A program made the translations under genes and the position numbers. The notes beneath the pieces were generated by a model. It had not been told where the DNA came from. It worked only from the letters and a program-made list of their open reading frames with translations, and did not search any database. Source: Nitrospirota bacterium (lineage in GTDB: Bacteria; Nitrospirota; Thermodesulfovibrionia; Thermodesulfovibrionales; Dissulfurispiraceae). From it: DNA of 64,000 nt. The stretch is from NCBI GenBank assembly GCA_963710375.1, contig CAVPZX010000004.1, positions 64,001 to 128,000 on the forward strand. The letters run 5' to 3'. Shown in pieces: positions 29,649 to 39,892 of this stretch (positions are counted from its first letter, which is position 1; every line of letters starts with the position of its first letter).

Positions 29649-30886
29649 GGCATATTCTTTTTCCTCTTCTCAGGAACAGGGTACCCGGGCAACTTATCAT
29701 ACAGTATACCGACAAATGCAATGCGCGGTGCCCCCAGTGCGGGATGAGAGTCACTGAACCGTTCAGACGCTCAACACTCCAACTCGACTCGGTCAAGAGA
29801 ATGATCGACCACGCTGCAGAAAATGGCGTGAATGCTATTTCCTTCACAGGAGGAGAGCCGTTTCTTTTCTTTGATGATGTTATGGAGCTTGTCATGTATG
29901 CCGGTGAAGCCGGAATCAAATATACAAGGACCGGCACTAACGGGTTTATATTCATGCATTCAGATAAACCTGACTTTGCCTCCCGGATCAGGAGGATTGC
30001 CGAGGGTATCGCAGCCTCCGGTCTCTATACGTTCTGGATAAGCATAGATTCTGCCGTCCCCTTTTTGCATGAAAGCATGCGGGGACTGCCGGGAGTTGTT
30101 GAAGGCATAGAAAAGGCCCTGCCCATATTCAGTGAATACGGAATCTATCCTTCTGCGAACCTTGGTATAAACAGGAATACAGGAGGATTGCCTCACGGTC
30201 CGGCCGAAACTGGTTACCCGCAGCTCTATGAATCGTTTAAAGCGGCGTTCGAAAAATTTTACAGTAAGGTAATCGATCTTGGGTTTACCATTGTCAATGC
30301 CTGTTACCCAATGAGCGTTGATACAGATGATGCCGGGGGACTGGATGCAGTATATGGCGCCACATCCGGGGCTTCACTCATTCAATTCAACAGGCAGGAG
30401 CGTGCCCTGGTGTTCAAGGCGCTTTTTGATACTATCCCCGCATACCGGTCAAAGATACGGATATTCTCTCCGAGGACATCTCTTTACTCTCTCATCAGGC
30501 AGCATACTCTCGATGAAAGCTACTGCTTTTCCTGCAGGGGCGGCATTGAATACTTTTTTGTCAATGCAGGTGACGGCAATACTTATCCGTGCGGTTATCG
30601 CGGGACAGACAATCTCGGTAAATTCTGGGAGCTTGATTTCAAAAAACTCGACAAAAAAGCCGAGTGCAGAAGATGTGATTGGGAATGTTTCAGGGACCCG
30701 TCGGAACTGTCCGGGCCGCTCCTGGCTCTTTTCTGCAATCCGGCGTTCTTCGTCAAGCGTGTTATTAAAGATACTGCATATATGAAACTATGGCTTGAGG
30801 ATCTCAGATACTTTGCCGCATGTGATTTCTTCAATGGAGGAACTGCACCGGATTATAAAAAAATGTCGGCATTCGCGCTTCAATGA
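29615..30886 (+). CDS. Radical SAM protein with SPASM/twitch-like C-terminus
   Basis: CNARCPQC, FTGGEP, CRGG...YPC...CRRCDWEC. Confidence 0.88.
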   Translation: MSRAGKPGTGIRHILFPLLRNRVPGQLIIQYTDKCNARCPQCGMRVTEPFRRSTLQLDSVKRMIDHAAENGVNAISFTGGEPFLFFDDVMELVMYAGEAGIKYTRTGTNGFIFMHSDKPDFASRIRRIAEGIAASGLYTFWISIDSAVPFLHESMRGLPGVVEGIEKALPIFSEYGIYPSANLGINRNTGGLPHGPAETGYPQLYESFKAAFEKFYSKVIDLGFTIVNACYPMSVDTDDAGGLDAVYGATSGASLIQFNRQERALVFKALFDTIPAYRSKIRIFSPRTSLYSLIRQHTLDESYCFSCRGGIEYFFVNAGDGNTYPCGYRGTDNLGKFWELDFKKLDKKAECRRCDWECFRDPSELSGPLLALFCNPAFFVKRVIKDTAYMKLWLEDLRYFAACDFFNGGTAPDYKKMSAFALQ

Positions 30887-31557
30887 TTAAGTGGTTATAT
30901 CCACTCATAATAGTTTTCGCGCTTACCGGATATGTAAAGGCATCTGACGCCCCTACACTTGAAGTTGGTTTTAAGGGTGCGCTCGAAAAGAACGGCTTGC
31001 CTGCGTCATGGAGCCTCACCGTGCGAACAGGAACGGCGGATGCCGGCATCGTCCCTGAGGGGGACCGGCAAATTCTTCACGTCAAGTGCGTAGAAGCTTC
31101 CTTTTCTTTAGAGCGAAGTATGCAGGTTGATCCGGCTGACTATCCGTATATCAGTTGGACGTGGAAGGCTGTGCGGCTGCCTCTGCTGGGGGATGTGCGC
31201 AAGAAAGAATTTAATGATCAGGCATTACAACTGCTTGTCGCCTTTGAAAACAGAAGAGTGCTGAGCTATATCTGGGATTCAAATGCTCCTGAAGGGGCGG
31301 TTATCGATGAATCCATTGGGTGGCCCGTAAATCTTGCAATTAGGGTAATAGTAGTAAAGTCGGGCCCGGCTGATGCAGGAAAATGGATCACTCATACGAG
31401 AAATATTTACGAGGATTACAAAAGATTTTTTAATGAGCCGCCTCCACGCGTAAAGGGAGTGAGGATACAATCGAATACGCAGTATACGGAAGACACTGCC
31501 GAAGGCTTTGTGCGTAATATTGTTTTCAGCAGATATTTGCAGGCATTGGCAAAATAG
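30883..31557 (+). CDS. DUF3047 family periplasmic protein
   Basis: Signal peptide; SWTWK, LSYIWD, VVKSG...GKW..HTRNIYEDYKRFF. Confidence 0.8.
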   Translation: MIKWLYPLIIVFALTGYVKASDAPTLEVGFKGALEKNGLPASWSLTVRTGTADAGIVPEGDRQILHVKCVEASFSLERSMQVDPADYPYISWTWKAVRLPLLGDVRKKEFNDQALQLLVAFENRRVLSYIWDSNAPEGAVIDESIGWPVNLAIRVIVVKSGPADAGKWITHTRNIYEDYKRFFNEPPPRVKGVRIQSNTQYTEDTAEGFVRNIVFSRYLQALAK

Positions 31558-31571
31558 GAAGTTCTTCGGTG

Positions 31572-31755
31572 ATTCAGACAGTGGACAAGTCTCCTACGCT
31601 CAGACGCTGCGTCCTGACAGTTCCAGAGGCTTGTTCGCTACAGTCACTAAACTCGCCCTGCGGGCTCAAACATAGCGACTGTTTAACGCTCTCTTCGCCA
31701 AGAACTGTTGCCAGGACTCCGCGATTCGCTCCTGGGACTTGTCCACTGTCTGAAT
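31572..31755. mobile_element. MITE family C, copy 1
   Basis: ATTCAGACAGTGGACAAGTC...GACTTGTCCACTGTCTGAAT TIRs; core shared in inverted orientation with 53049-53299. Confidence 0.85.
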
Positions 31756-31870
31756 TGCGGAAGATGTTCTTATCCCGCGTTGACATTTTTATTCCTTTTG
31801 GCGACAATTAATTAATGAAACCCTGCATTCTTGTCACGTCATTCCTCCCTCTCATTTCTGTCTGCGGGAA

Positions 31871-33547
31871 ATGAAAAAAAGTTTACAGTTCGTTGTCATT
31901 CTTGCCTTGACAGCGCTGACCGTTTCAGTGCTCTACGCTTTCCGCACTCTCGATGACGACCGGTTAACCAGCTGGGTGTGGGTGTTTGGCACGGTCAGCT
32001 TTGTCCGCATACTCGCACTTCTTATTCCCGGCAGCATTCTGGCCTATATGCTTTCAAAGAGTCCTGCTCCGGACCGGTGTCCCGCGATCTTTCTTTTCAT
32101 CCTGTCCTTTGCCGCTGCCGCGTTGTTTTGGAGAGAGCCCGAGATGATAGTTGATACATCAAGGTATTTTACTCAGGCCAAGCACCTTGAACTATATGGG
32201 ACCTGCTATTTCCTGGGAGAATGGGGAAAGACTATCGATATCTGGTCTGACCTGCCGTTGATGTCCTTCATCTATGGGATTGTCTTCAGATACCTGGGTG
32301 AGGCTAGAATTTATGTCCAGTTGGTTACGACACTGCTCTTCTCATTTACAGTCGTGCTTACGTATATGATCGGTAAAGTGCTCTGGGACAAGGAAACCGG
32401 CTTTTTCGGAGGCATGTTCCTGCTCGGCTTCCCGTTTATCTTTACCCAGGTGCCGCTTATGCTTGTGGATATACCGACGATGTTTTTCTTCACGTTTGCC
32501 GTGTTTGCGTTCATTACAGCGCTTGACCGGGGGGGTATCTGGGTGCCTATTGCTGCCGCAGCCCTGTTTCTGGTTATTTTTTCGAAATATTCAGCGTGGC
32601 TGATGCTCTCATTACTGATGATCATTGTTGCTGTGCGCCTGTTTCAGGACGGTCGTTCGCCGGGAGAAGTAACGGTAAGGTGGTACGGCTTACGAATAAT
32701 TATTCCCATTCTATCCGCAGCACTTGCAGCCGGAGTTGTAATGCATTTAAAACATGACGTCTTCTTTTCGCAGATAGGTCTTCTGCTCTCTTATCAAAAA
32801 CCGGGTCTAAGAAGATGGGGAGAAAGTTTCATCTCCACATTTCTTTTTCAGACGCATCCATTTATCTCTGCGGCTGCAGCTTTCTCAGTTTATAGCGCAT
32901 TTAAAAAAAAGGACCCGAAGTATTTGATTGTTAGCTGGTGCATGCTGCTAATTGTTTTGCTCCAGATCAAACGGATACGCTATGCGATGATTGTATTCCC
33001 AACGTTTGCTCTTATGGCTGCCTACGGGATCACTGCTATCAGGGACATTGGTTTGAAAAGGCAGATCGTCTTTTCGGTTGTAGCCTGCTCACTCATTATT
33101 TCAGTGTTCGCCTATCTCCCTTTCCTGGAACAGACAAGCGCGCAGAATTTGCAGCGTGCCGGGGCATTCCTGAATACCCTACCTGGAAAAGACGTCGAAG
33201 TGGTGACGCTGCCCCGGAAAGACGATGACGTCAACATTGCTGTTTCGGTCCCAATCCTCGACCTCTTTACCAATAAGAGAATTCATTACACTTATAAGCT
33301 CCAGTACGCGCCATCCCCTGAAAAAATTGCGGTATCTCCACTTCGCTTTACCTGGATATATAAAAACCCCGAATACTATGAGGGCAATTTCGCTCCGGGT
33401 GAGCCTGTTGCAGTTATCAGCGGAGAGACTCCGGGCACGCTTCCCAAGACAGTCTCTAAAAAGTTGGTAATGCTTGAGCACTCAAAATCTTTCATTCTCG
33501 CCGATGATATATTTACCCACCAGACCTTTGTCACCGTCTATTACTGA
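31871..33547 (+). CDS. GT-C fold membrane glycosyltransferase (ArnT/PMT_2, GT39/83-like)
   Basis: Many TMs; D..RY, DLPL, LMLVDIP, FSKY motifs. Confidence 0.75.
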   Translation: MKKSLQFVVILALTALTVSVLYAFRTLDDDRLTSWVWVFGTVSFVRILALLIPGSILAYMLSKSPAPDRCPAIFLFILSFAAAALFWREPEMIVDTSRYFTQAKHLELYGTCYFLGEWGKTIDIWSDLPLMSFIYGIVFRYLGEARIYVQLVTTLLFSFTVVLTYMIGKVLWDKETGFFGGMFLLGFPFIFTQVPLMLVDIPTMFFFTFAVFAFITALDRGGIWVPIAAAALFLVIFSKYSAWLMLSLLMIIVAVRLFQDGRSPGEVTVRWYGLRIIIPILSAALAAGVVMHLKHDVFFSQIGLLLSYQKPGLRRWGESFISTFLFQTHPFISAAAAFSVYSAFKKKDPKYLIVSWCMLLIVLLQIKRIRYAMIVFPTFALMAAYGITAIRDIGLKRQIVFSVVACSLIISVFAYLPFLEQTSAQNLQRAGAFLNTLPGKDVEVVTLPRKDDDVNIAVSVPILDLFTNKRIHYTYKLQYAPSPEKIAVSPLRFTWIYKNPEYYEGNFAPGEPVAVISGETPGTLPKTVSKKLVMLEHSKSFILADDIFTHQTFVTVYY

Positions 33548-33742
33548 TAACCCGCATTATTGATAAATTTATACAAGGATCAGGCAGGACATGGTGCTGA
33601 GCGGACTTTGACAGCCTAAGGGACACCAAGGATGGTGACACAGGCTGTCATAGCCTCGGAGCAAGGCCGGATGCCTTGCGAGAATGAGTGAAGCACTGTG
33701 GCCTGCCTGATCCTTGTATAAATTTATCAATAATGCGGGTTA
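33548..33742. mobile_element. MITE family D (195 bp, 41-bp perfect TIRs, TA termini)
   Basis: TAACCCGCATTATTGATAAATTTATACAAGGATCAGGCAGG ... CCTGCCTGATCCTTGTATAAATTTATCAATAATGCGGGTTA. Confidence 0.9.
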
Positions 33743-33814
33743 AGCTCATTGACAAAGAAAACCGCGTGTTTCTATACTATCGAGGAAAACACATTCTTGG
33801 GGAGGTAGTTGTCT

Positions 33815-34894
33815 ATGGAAGAAAGTGTAATACAGAGTGCAAGCATCGGTTATGTTATCTCTGCGCTACTATGCGGAGGCCTACTAGGTTTCGTGCTCCA
33901 GCGCGGAAGATTCTGCATGAATTCTGCGTTTAGGGATGTCGTCTTCATTCAGGACCTTACTTTGTTCCGGGGCTACCTTATCGCTCTGGGAGTTATGATC
34001 GTCGGCTCTAATTTTCTTAATGACATGGGGTATATTAAACTGATGCCGCAGACATTCTATCCTTTGGCAAACATCGTTGGCGGCTATCTCTTCGGACTTG
34101 GCATGGTGATGGCGAGCGGCTGCGGCAGCGGAATCTATTTCAAGGCAGGGGAAGGTCAAATTGCAGCGGCTGTCGCCATATTGGGCTTTCTAATAACTGC
34201 CGGCGCAACACTATTCGGAGTCTTAAACCCGCTTTATACAGCTTTGAGAAGCGTTAAGATCGAGATTGCCGGAAAGTCGAATGCAATGCTGTGGGAGATT
34301 TTTGGCGACGGGATGACCACGAAATGGATAGTCATCGCCGTTATTGCCGCAGCGATCTTCATCTTCAGCCTTAAAGACAAGCCGTTTTCTATGGGGAAGC
34401 AAAAAGGCTTTTACTGGTCGGTCACGGGCCTGCTCCTCGGTTTTACCGGCATACTCACGTTTTGGGCCTCTCAGCACTGGGGCGGAGGATTCGCAAGAGG
34501 CATGAATTTCACCTCTCCTTCTGCTGAACTCATGTCAACCGTGGTAACGAACGATGCCCATTCGAAATTTTTCCCAATGTCTAGTATCGGCTATTTCACG
34601 GTGACATGGGCTGAAATAGCTGTGATCGGGGTGCCATTAGGTGCGTTTCTAAGCGCCAAGATGCTCAAGGAATTTTCATGGAAGGTCCCTTCCGCCCAGG
34701 AGCTGGTTACCGTTTTTTTGGGAAGTCTTCTCATGGGGTTTTCAGGTATTGTCGCCGGCGGCTGTAACGTCGGTCAGGGATTAACCGGTTGCACCACCCT
34801 TTCAATCGGAAGCATAAGTGCTACTATCGGTATAATACTCGGCAACTGGACAATGGTATACTTCAAATTTATCAAGCCGATGCAGGACGACTAA
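33815..34894 (+). CDS. YeeE/YedE (TsuA-like) sulfur-compound transporter
   Basis: QRGRFC, ASGCGSG, AGGCNVG; TTGACA-N18-TATACT promoter at 33749-33778. Confidence 0.9.
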   Translation: MEESVIQSASIGYVISALLCGGLLGFVLQRGRFCMNSAFRDVVFIQDLTLFRGYLIALGVMIVGSNFLNDMGYIKLMPQTFYPLANIVGGYLFGLGMVMASGCGSGIYFKAGEGQIAAAVAILGFLITAGATLFGVLNPLYTALRSVKIEIAGKSNAMLWEIFGDGMTTKWIVIAVIAAAIFIFSLKDKPFSMGKQKGFYWSVTGLLLGFTGILTFWASQHWGGGFARGMNFTSPSAELMSTVVTNDAHSKFFPMSSIGYFTVTWAEIAVIGVPLGAFLSAKMLKEFSWKVPSAQELVTVFLGSLLMGFSGIVAGGCNVGQGLTGCTTLSIGSISATIGIILGNWTMVYFKFIKPMQDD

Positions 34895-35014
34895 TACCCT
34901 GCATTTAGGATTAAATGTCATTAGGCCCGGAGGAATGGCGCATTACGACCCCCCGGGCCTTATTATTGAACTGGAAAATTGCTTGTTGCTAGCTGTAAAC
35001 TAATATAAAAGACT

Positions 35015-36409
35015 ATGAGATCTATCTCAACCATTATTCTTGGAGGCGGACTTGCAGGCCTTGCTGCGGGATACGGCTTAACAAAAGCAGGGGCCGGCAC
35101 AGAGGTTTTCGAGAATGATCCTGCTGTTGGTGGCCTTTCTAAGACAATCAGGAGCAACGGATTCTATTTTGACCTGGGAGGCCATCGCTTTTTTACAAAA
35201 AAGCCTGAAATCGATGCTCTCATTAGAAAACTGATGGGCGGTGAACTGATTTCCGTACCTCGACACAGCAAGATTTTTCTGCGCAATAACTATTTCGATT
35301 ACCCGTTAAAACCGCTAAATGCGCTCTTCGGAATGGGGATCCCGACCACAGTAAAGATAGTCGAAGACTATATCGCCGAAAAAGTGAAAGGTCTGAGGCA
35401 GTCACCCCCGCCGCTTTCGCTCGAGGATTGGGTGGTCGTCAATTTCGGACGCACCATGTTCGACATTTACTTCAGGGAATACAGCGAAAAAGTGTGGGGT
35501 ATAGACTGCAAGCGTATTAGTGCAGATTGGGTGGCGAAGAGAATCAGCGGGCTTTCGCTGGGCAGCGCAATCAAGAATGCTTTTTTCAAGGTCAGCGGGA
35601 GAAATATACCGTCGCTGGTGGACAGATTTATATACCCGCAGCTCGGCATAGGCCGCATTGCCGAAAGGCTCAGGGAGGAAATAGAAAAAGATAATGCTGT
35701 ATATGCCGGCTTCCCCGTAGTAAAGGTCAAGCACTCCCGGTCCGCAATCGATAGTATCGAAACAGTCGGCGGTCCGGGTGCCCGATATGCATCGGGAGAT
35801 GTATTCATATCGACTATTCCGATTACTACGCTGGTGCGGCTGCTGGATCCTCCTGCTCCCTCCTCTGTACTGATCGCCGCTTCCAAGCTCAGGTTCAGGA
35901 ATCTCGTTGTTGTAGCCGTTATGGCCGATAAAAAGAGGGCCACCGACCAGACCTGGATTTATATTCCGGAAAAGAAGATACCGTTCGGCAGGATTCACGA
36001 GCCGACGAATTGGAGCGGGAAGATGGCCCCTGAAGGAAAGACTCTCTTAGTAGCTGAATACTTCAGCTTTAAGGGAGACCGAATCTGGAATGCCTCCGAT
36101 GAGCAGCTTGCCGACGTTACATCCCGGGGGCTTGAGCAGATCGGGTTTATCAGGAGAAGTGAGGTTTTAGACAGTAATGTTGTGCGGGTAAAGCACGCGT
36201 ACCCGCTATTTGAAATCGGCTATGCAGAACAGTGTGAGGTTATTTACGGTTATCTGAACTCCTTCAGGAACCTTCACCTTGCAGGGAGGAGCGGCATGTT
36301 CAGATACTACAATATGGACCACGCTATAGAGTCAGGCCTGCGTGCTGCGGACTGGGTAATACAAGAGGCAATGGGCAAGAGGCAATGGGCGATAGGTATG
36401 GTTGCATAG
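35015..36409 (+). CDS. FAD-dependent oxidoreductase (protoporphyrinogen oxidase / UDP-galactopyranose mutase-like)
   Basis: GGGLAGL, VGGLS, DLGGHRF, GRSGMFRYYNMDHAI. Confidence 0.85.
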   Translation: MRSISTIILGGGLAGLAAGYGLTKAGAGTEVFENDPAVGGLSKTIRSNGFYFDLGGHRFFTKKPEIDALIRKLMGGELISVPRHSKIFLRNNYFDYPLKPLNALFGMGIPTTVKIVEDYIAEKVKGLRQSPPPLSLEDWVVVNFGRTMFDIYFREYSEKVWGIDCKRISADWVAKRISGLSLGSAIKNAFFKVSGRNIPSLVDRFIYPQLGIGRIAERLREEIEKDNAVYAGFPVVKVKHSRSAIDSIETVGGPGARYASGDVFISTIPITTLVRLLDPPAPSSVLIAASKLRFRNLVVVAVMADKKRATDQTWIYIPEKKIPFGRIHEPTNWSGKMAPEGKTLLVAEYFSFKGDRIWNASDEQLADVTSRGLEQIGFIRRSEVLDSNVVRVKHAYPLFEIGYAEQCEVIYGYLNSFRNLHLAGRSGMFRYYNMDHAIESGLRAADWVIQEAMGKRQWAIGMVA

Positions 36410-36500
36410 GCATACAAGAGGAAATGGGCAATGGGCGATTAGCTGAAGAGTCTTTGTCCCGGATTTTTTACCTATTGCCTATAGCCCATTGCCTATAGCT
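36363..36500. repeat. Inverted heptamer tandem-repeat arrays (AATGGGC/AAGAGGC versus CCTATTG/CCTATAG)
   Basis: Directly visible; overlaps the last codons of the upstream gene. Confidence 0.75.
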
Positions 36501-36508
36501 TGTATTTT

Positions 36509-37933
36509 ATGAAATGCGCACTGGTGATACCTGCGTGGGTGCCTGAGGATATCTTTTCTTCCAAAACTGCAAGCTCGCAAATCAATTACTGGCAGCCGCT
36601 GGGCACACTTTACGTTGCCGCTGTTTTGCGGGATGCAGGGCATGAAGTCCGTTTCCTGAACGGCGCATTTCTTACTCACGACGCCATTTGCGCTCAGTTA
36701 AAGGCATTCAACCCCGGCTATATTGGTCTCTATTCCACAACTTTCGGCTGGGGAAAGGCCAAAAAGGCGGCAGAGGATTTCAAGGTATTGCTCGGCAGGC
36801 AGGTTTTTATATGTGCCGGAGGCCCCTATCCTATTGCAATGCAGGAGAAGTGTCTGGCAGATGCCGGGACATCGCTGGATGCCATAATCACGGGGGAGGG
36901 TGAATACTCTTCCCTCGAACTCATAGAGCGGCTCGAAACCGGCAGTGGACTTGAAGGTGTTAAAGGAGTTGTTTACCGTGAAGGCGGCAGGATAATAAAG
37001 AATCCGCCAAGGCCGTTAATCTCCGACCTGGATGCCATTCCATTCCCGGCAAGAGAACTGCTGGGCGATGCCGGGCAGTATATCCCGCCGCCTGCCACCT
37101 ACCGCAGAAAGCCTGTTGCCGTGATCATTACTTCCAGGGGATGCAACAGAAACTGCATCTATTGTTTTCAAATTGATAAAACCAGAGAGACCGGCATACG
37201 CTACCGCAGCGTTGAAAACGTATTGAAAGAAATAGAGCACTGTCTTAACGAGGGGTATCGGGAGATTAAATTTATCGATGATACTCTTGCCGCCGATTAC
37301 AGCCGGGCCATGCGGCTTGCCGGCGAGATAAAGGCCAGAAGGTTTGACTTCACCTGGTTTGCTTCAGCGTGTGTGAACCAGGTCGATAAACCGCTGCTCC
37401 AGGCTTTTAAAGATGCAGGCTGCTGGGCGATACTGTTCGGTGCGGAGAGCGGCGTTCAGAAGAACCTCAACACGATCAGGAAAGGGACAACCCTCGCGCA
37501 GATACGCACAGCGGTTAAGACGGCACAGGAGGTGGGACTAAAGGTAAGCACGCCCTTTATGTTCGGTATCCCGGGAGAAACATACGAGGAGGGTCTGGAG
37601 ACGATAGATTTTGCAGTGGACCTTAACCCCGACATCGCAAACTTTCACGCCATCACGCCTTTCCCCGGCACATACCTTTATGATAACCTGGAAAAATTCG
37701 GGCATCTGTCCGATGAACTCTCAGACTTCACGTATCAGGGAGCGGCATTCGTGCCTTATACCATGACAAGAGAGGAGATTATAAAGCTGCGCAGGACAGC
37801 GTTCAGGAAATTCTACGGCAGGCCGTCCTTTATTCTCAGAAAACTGCTCGAATTGAGAACTCCCCACGATTTCTCGGTCGCGTTTAAAAGTATGAGGAGC
37901 CTATTCTGGCTGCTTGTAAATAACGACAAGTAA
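36509..37933 (+). CDS. Cobalamin-binding radical SAM protein (class B methyltransferase-like)
   Basis: QPLG, GGPYP, GEGE, TSRGCNRNCIYC, FGAESG, TPFPGT. Confidence 0.9.
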   Translation: MKCALVIPAWVPEDIFSSKTASSQINYWQPLGTLYVAAVLRDAGHEVRFLNGAFLTHDAICAQLKAFNPGYIGLYSTTFGWGKAKKAAEDFKVLLGRQVFICAGGPYPIAMQEKCLADAGTSLDAIITGEGEYSSLELIERLETGSGLEGVKGVVYREGGRIIKNPPRPLISDLDAIPFPARELLGDAGQYIPPPATYRRKPVAVIITSRGCNRNCIYCFQIDKTRETGIRYRSVENVLKEIEHCLNEGYREIKFIDDTLAADYSRAMRLAGEIKARRFDFTWFASACVNQVDKPLLQAFKDAGCWAILFGAESGVQKNLNTIRKGTTLAQIRTAVKTAQEVGLKVSTPFMFGIPGETYEEGLETIDFAVDLNPDIANFHAITPFPGTYLYDNLEKFGHLSDELSDFTYQGAAFVPYTMTREEIIKLRRTAFRKFYGRPSFILRKLLELRTPHDFSVAFKSMRSLFWLLVNNDK

Positions 37934-38022
37934 AGGCAGGGGTAGTTGTTTTACTGACGGGCTTGACTAGTTCGCCCAGGCATGCTAAGTTTTAATCACA
38001 CTATATCGTACAGGAGGCTATT

Positions 38023-38220
38023 ATGGACAGAGAAGACAGGTACTTGGGCATGATTACTATTTTTTCGTTTTTGGTAGGCGGGGCTGTAGGTGCGGGATTA
38101 GCGCTTCTTTTGGCTCCCCAGTCCGGCAAGAAGACAAGGAGACAGATAAGAGAGATTGCCGAGGACCTTTCAGAGCAGGCCACCGGTTATGCAGACAGGG
38201 TGAAAAAGAAGGTATTTTAA
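38023..38220 (+). CDS. YtxH domain protein
   Basis: FLVGGAVGAGLALLLAPQSGKKTR. Confidence 0.9.
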   Translation: MDREDRYLGMITIFSFLVGGAVGAGLALLLAPQSGKKTRRQIREIAEDLSEQATGYADRVKKKVF

Positions 38221-38246
38221 GCGCCCTTCAGGGCTTTTACTTTTAA

Positions 38247-39047
38247 ATGCAAAACGGGACTATGAAGCGTTATTCGATCATTCATCCCCTATACATGTCT
38301 TTTTTTTCGAAATCTTTGTACAGGGATGTCGCCGCTAACTGGAGGGGGCTGTGCCTGAACTATCTCCTTATAGTCCTCACCTTAAATCTGATTCCGGATA
38401 TGGTCAGGCTGCATGAACGCGTTGCTGACTTCCTCGTTGACGAAGTCCCCAAAGTTGTTCATCAGGTCCCGACTATCACTATTTCCGAAGGCACAGCGTC
38501 TGTAAATGTGCCTGTCCCGTACGTCATAAATGCGCCATGGAGCAAGCTGCCATTTGCAGTTATCGATACCTCTGCCGGGGCCGCTCCACCTGCGGACTTA
38601 AAAGCGACTCTTATGCTGACAAGGACAAAACTTACGGTAAAAGGCGACGACTCCGAGATACACTCGTTTGACTTTGCACGGATACATCATGCCGTGATTG
38701 ACAGGGACCTGATCAATCGCTGGTTGGAGGCATTTAAAGATAATTTTATTTTTGCGGTTTATCCTTTTGCCCTTTTTTTCGCCTTCCTGTATTATTTTAT
38801 TCAGGCCTTGCTCTGCGCTTCTATAGGAATGTTTTTTGCTAAAATGGTTAATCTGGACCTGAAAGCCCGTGCATTGATCCGTCTCTCAGTCGTAGCTTTC
38901 ACTCCTCCGCTTGTGCTTCAGACGGTGCATTCCTTGCTGGATATAGAATTCCCCTATAGCGGCGTTATATCCTTTGTGCTGGCAACCTGCTATATGTACT
39001 TTGCAGTAAGTTCCTGTTCCGAGAAAACAGTATCGAAGGTAGTGTAA
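38247..39047 (+). CDS. DUF1189 family membrane protein
   Basis: SFFSKSLY..V...W.G...YL, P.ITI..G, VIDT, ALTP-like motif. Confidence 0.7.
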   Translation: MQNGTMKRYSIIHPLYMSFFSKSLYRDVAANWRGLCLNYLLIVLTLNLIPDMVRLHERVADFLVDEVPKVVHQVPTITISEGTASVNVPVPYVINAPWSKLPFAVIDTSAGAAPPADLKATLMLTRTKLTVKGDDSEIHSFDFARIHHAVIDRDLINRWLEAFKDNFIFAVYPFALFFAFLYYFIQALLCASIGMFFAKMVNLDLKARALIRLSVVAFTPPLVLQTVHSLLDIEFPYSGVISFVLATCYMYFAVSSCSEKTVSKVV

Positions 39048-39062
39048 AATGGAGAAGCTTTA

Positions 39063-39178
39063 GAATTATGAATTAAGAATTACGAATTAAGAATTAAGGA
39101 AAGGCGATTCAGGATTAGGAATTATGGACAAAATCTTATGTTCATTGATTCCTAATTCCTAATTCGTAATTCCTAATT
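39063..39178. repeat. Inverted heptamer arrays (GAATTAx)n ... (xTAATTC)n
   Basis: Directly visible. Confidence 0.8.
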
Positions 39179-39198
39179 TTATTTGTTGGGAGGATGAA

Positions 39199-39750
39199 AT
39201 GCCACAAGTCGCGGTGCTGCTTGCAGATGGTTTCGAGGAAGTTGAGGCAATGGCAATTATCGATACTTTACGGAGGGCCGACATAATAGTGGTTATTGCC
39301 GGTTTGCATGCAGGACATATTGAAAGTGCCAGGCACGTCAAGGTCATTCCTGATACTGTCATCGATACAATACAAGCCGATAATTTTGACATGCTTGTGC
39401 TCCCCGGCGGCCAGCCAGGGGCCGACAACCTCAATGCGGATGGACGTGTCAAATTACTGATCAAGGAATTTTTCAATAAAGGAAAGCTCACAGGAGCTAT
39501 ATGCGCAGCGCCATATGTACTGGCAAACGCGGGTATCCTTGAGGGAAGGCAGACTACGGCATACCCCACATTCAAGGACAGGCTCTGTAATGCACTATAC
39601 CGGGATGAAAATGTTGTAACAGATGGACAGGTTCTCACAAGCAAAGGCCCGGGAACAGCGTTGGAATTTGGGATCGCCATTATTGAGAGGCTTGTAGGCC
39701 GCGAGAAGGCTGAAGCCGTTAAGAAAGCCATGCTGGTGACGGGCTCGTAA
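39199..39750 (+). CDS. DJ-1/PfpI family (YajL-like) protein
   Basis: GFEEVEA, LPGG, AICAAP, TSKGPGTA. Confidence 0.92.
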   Translation: MPQVAVLLADGFEEVEAMAIIDTLRRADIIVVIAGLHAGHIESARHVKVIPDTVIDTIQADNFDMLVLPGGQPGADNLNADGRVKLLIKEFFNKGKLTGAICAAPYVLANAGILEGRQTTAYPTFKDRLCNALYRDENVVTDGQVLTSKGPGTALEFGIAIIERLVGREKAEAVKKAMLVTGS

Positions 39751-39863
39751 AAAGTCCAGATGCCGCGTTGCGCCGCATCCTTCGTCAACTGCGGCGTACC
39801 GGTAAGTACGCCTCATTCCTCAGGATTTGGGCGCCTTGCCTCTGGCGCTTTTTACGAACCCGT
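39739..39863. mobile_element. MITE family E (~125 bp) supplying the DJ-1 stop codon
   Basis: ACGGGCTCGTAAAAAG...CTTTTTACGAACCCGT TIRs; internal GGCGTAC..GTACGCC hairpin. Confidence 0.8.
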
Positions 39864-39892
39864 ATGTTTTATAGAAAGGGGGTGCGGTTAAG

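Noticed and set aside
31569..31811. Short ORFs 31569-31811, 31574-31807, 53056-53280 and 53132-53317 that share peptide similarity
   Set aside because: They are translations of the family-C MITE copies, not proteins
39159..39788. Long antisense ORFs (e.g. 39159-39788, 48095-48757, 14895-15539, 55200-55796)
   Set aside because: Shadow frames of well-supported genes on the opposite strand, with no recognisable motifs
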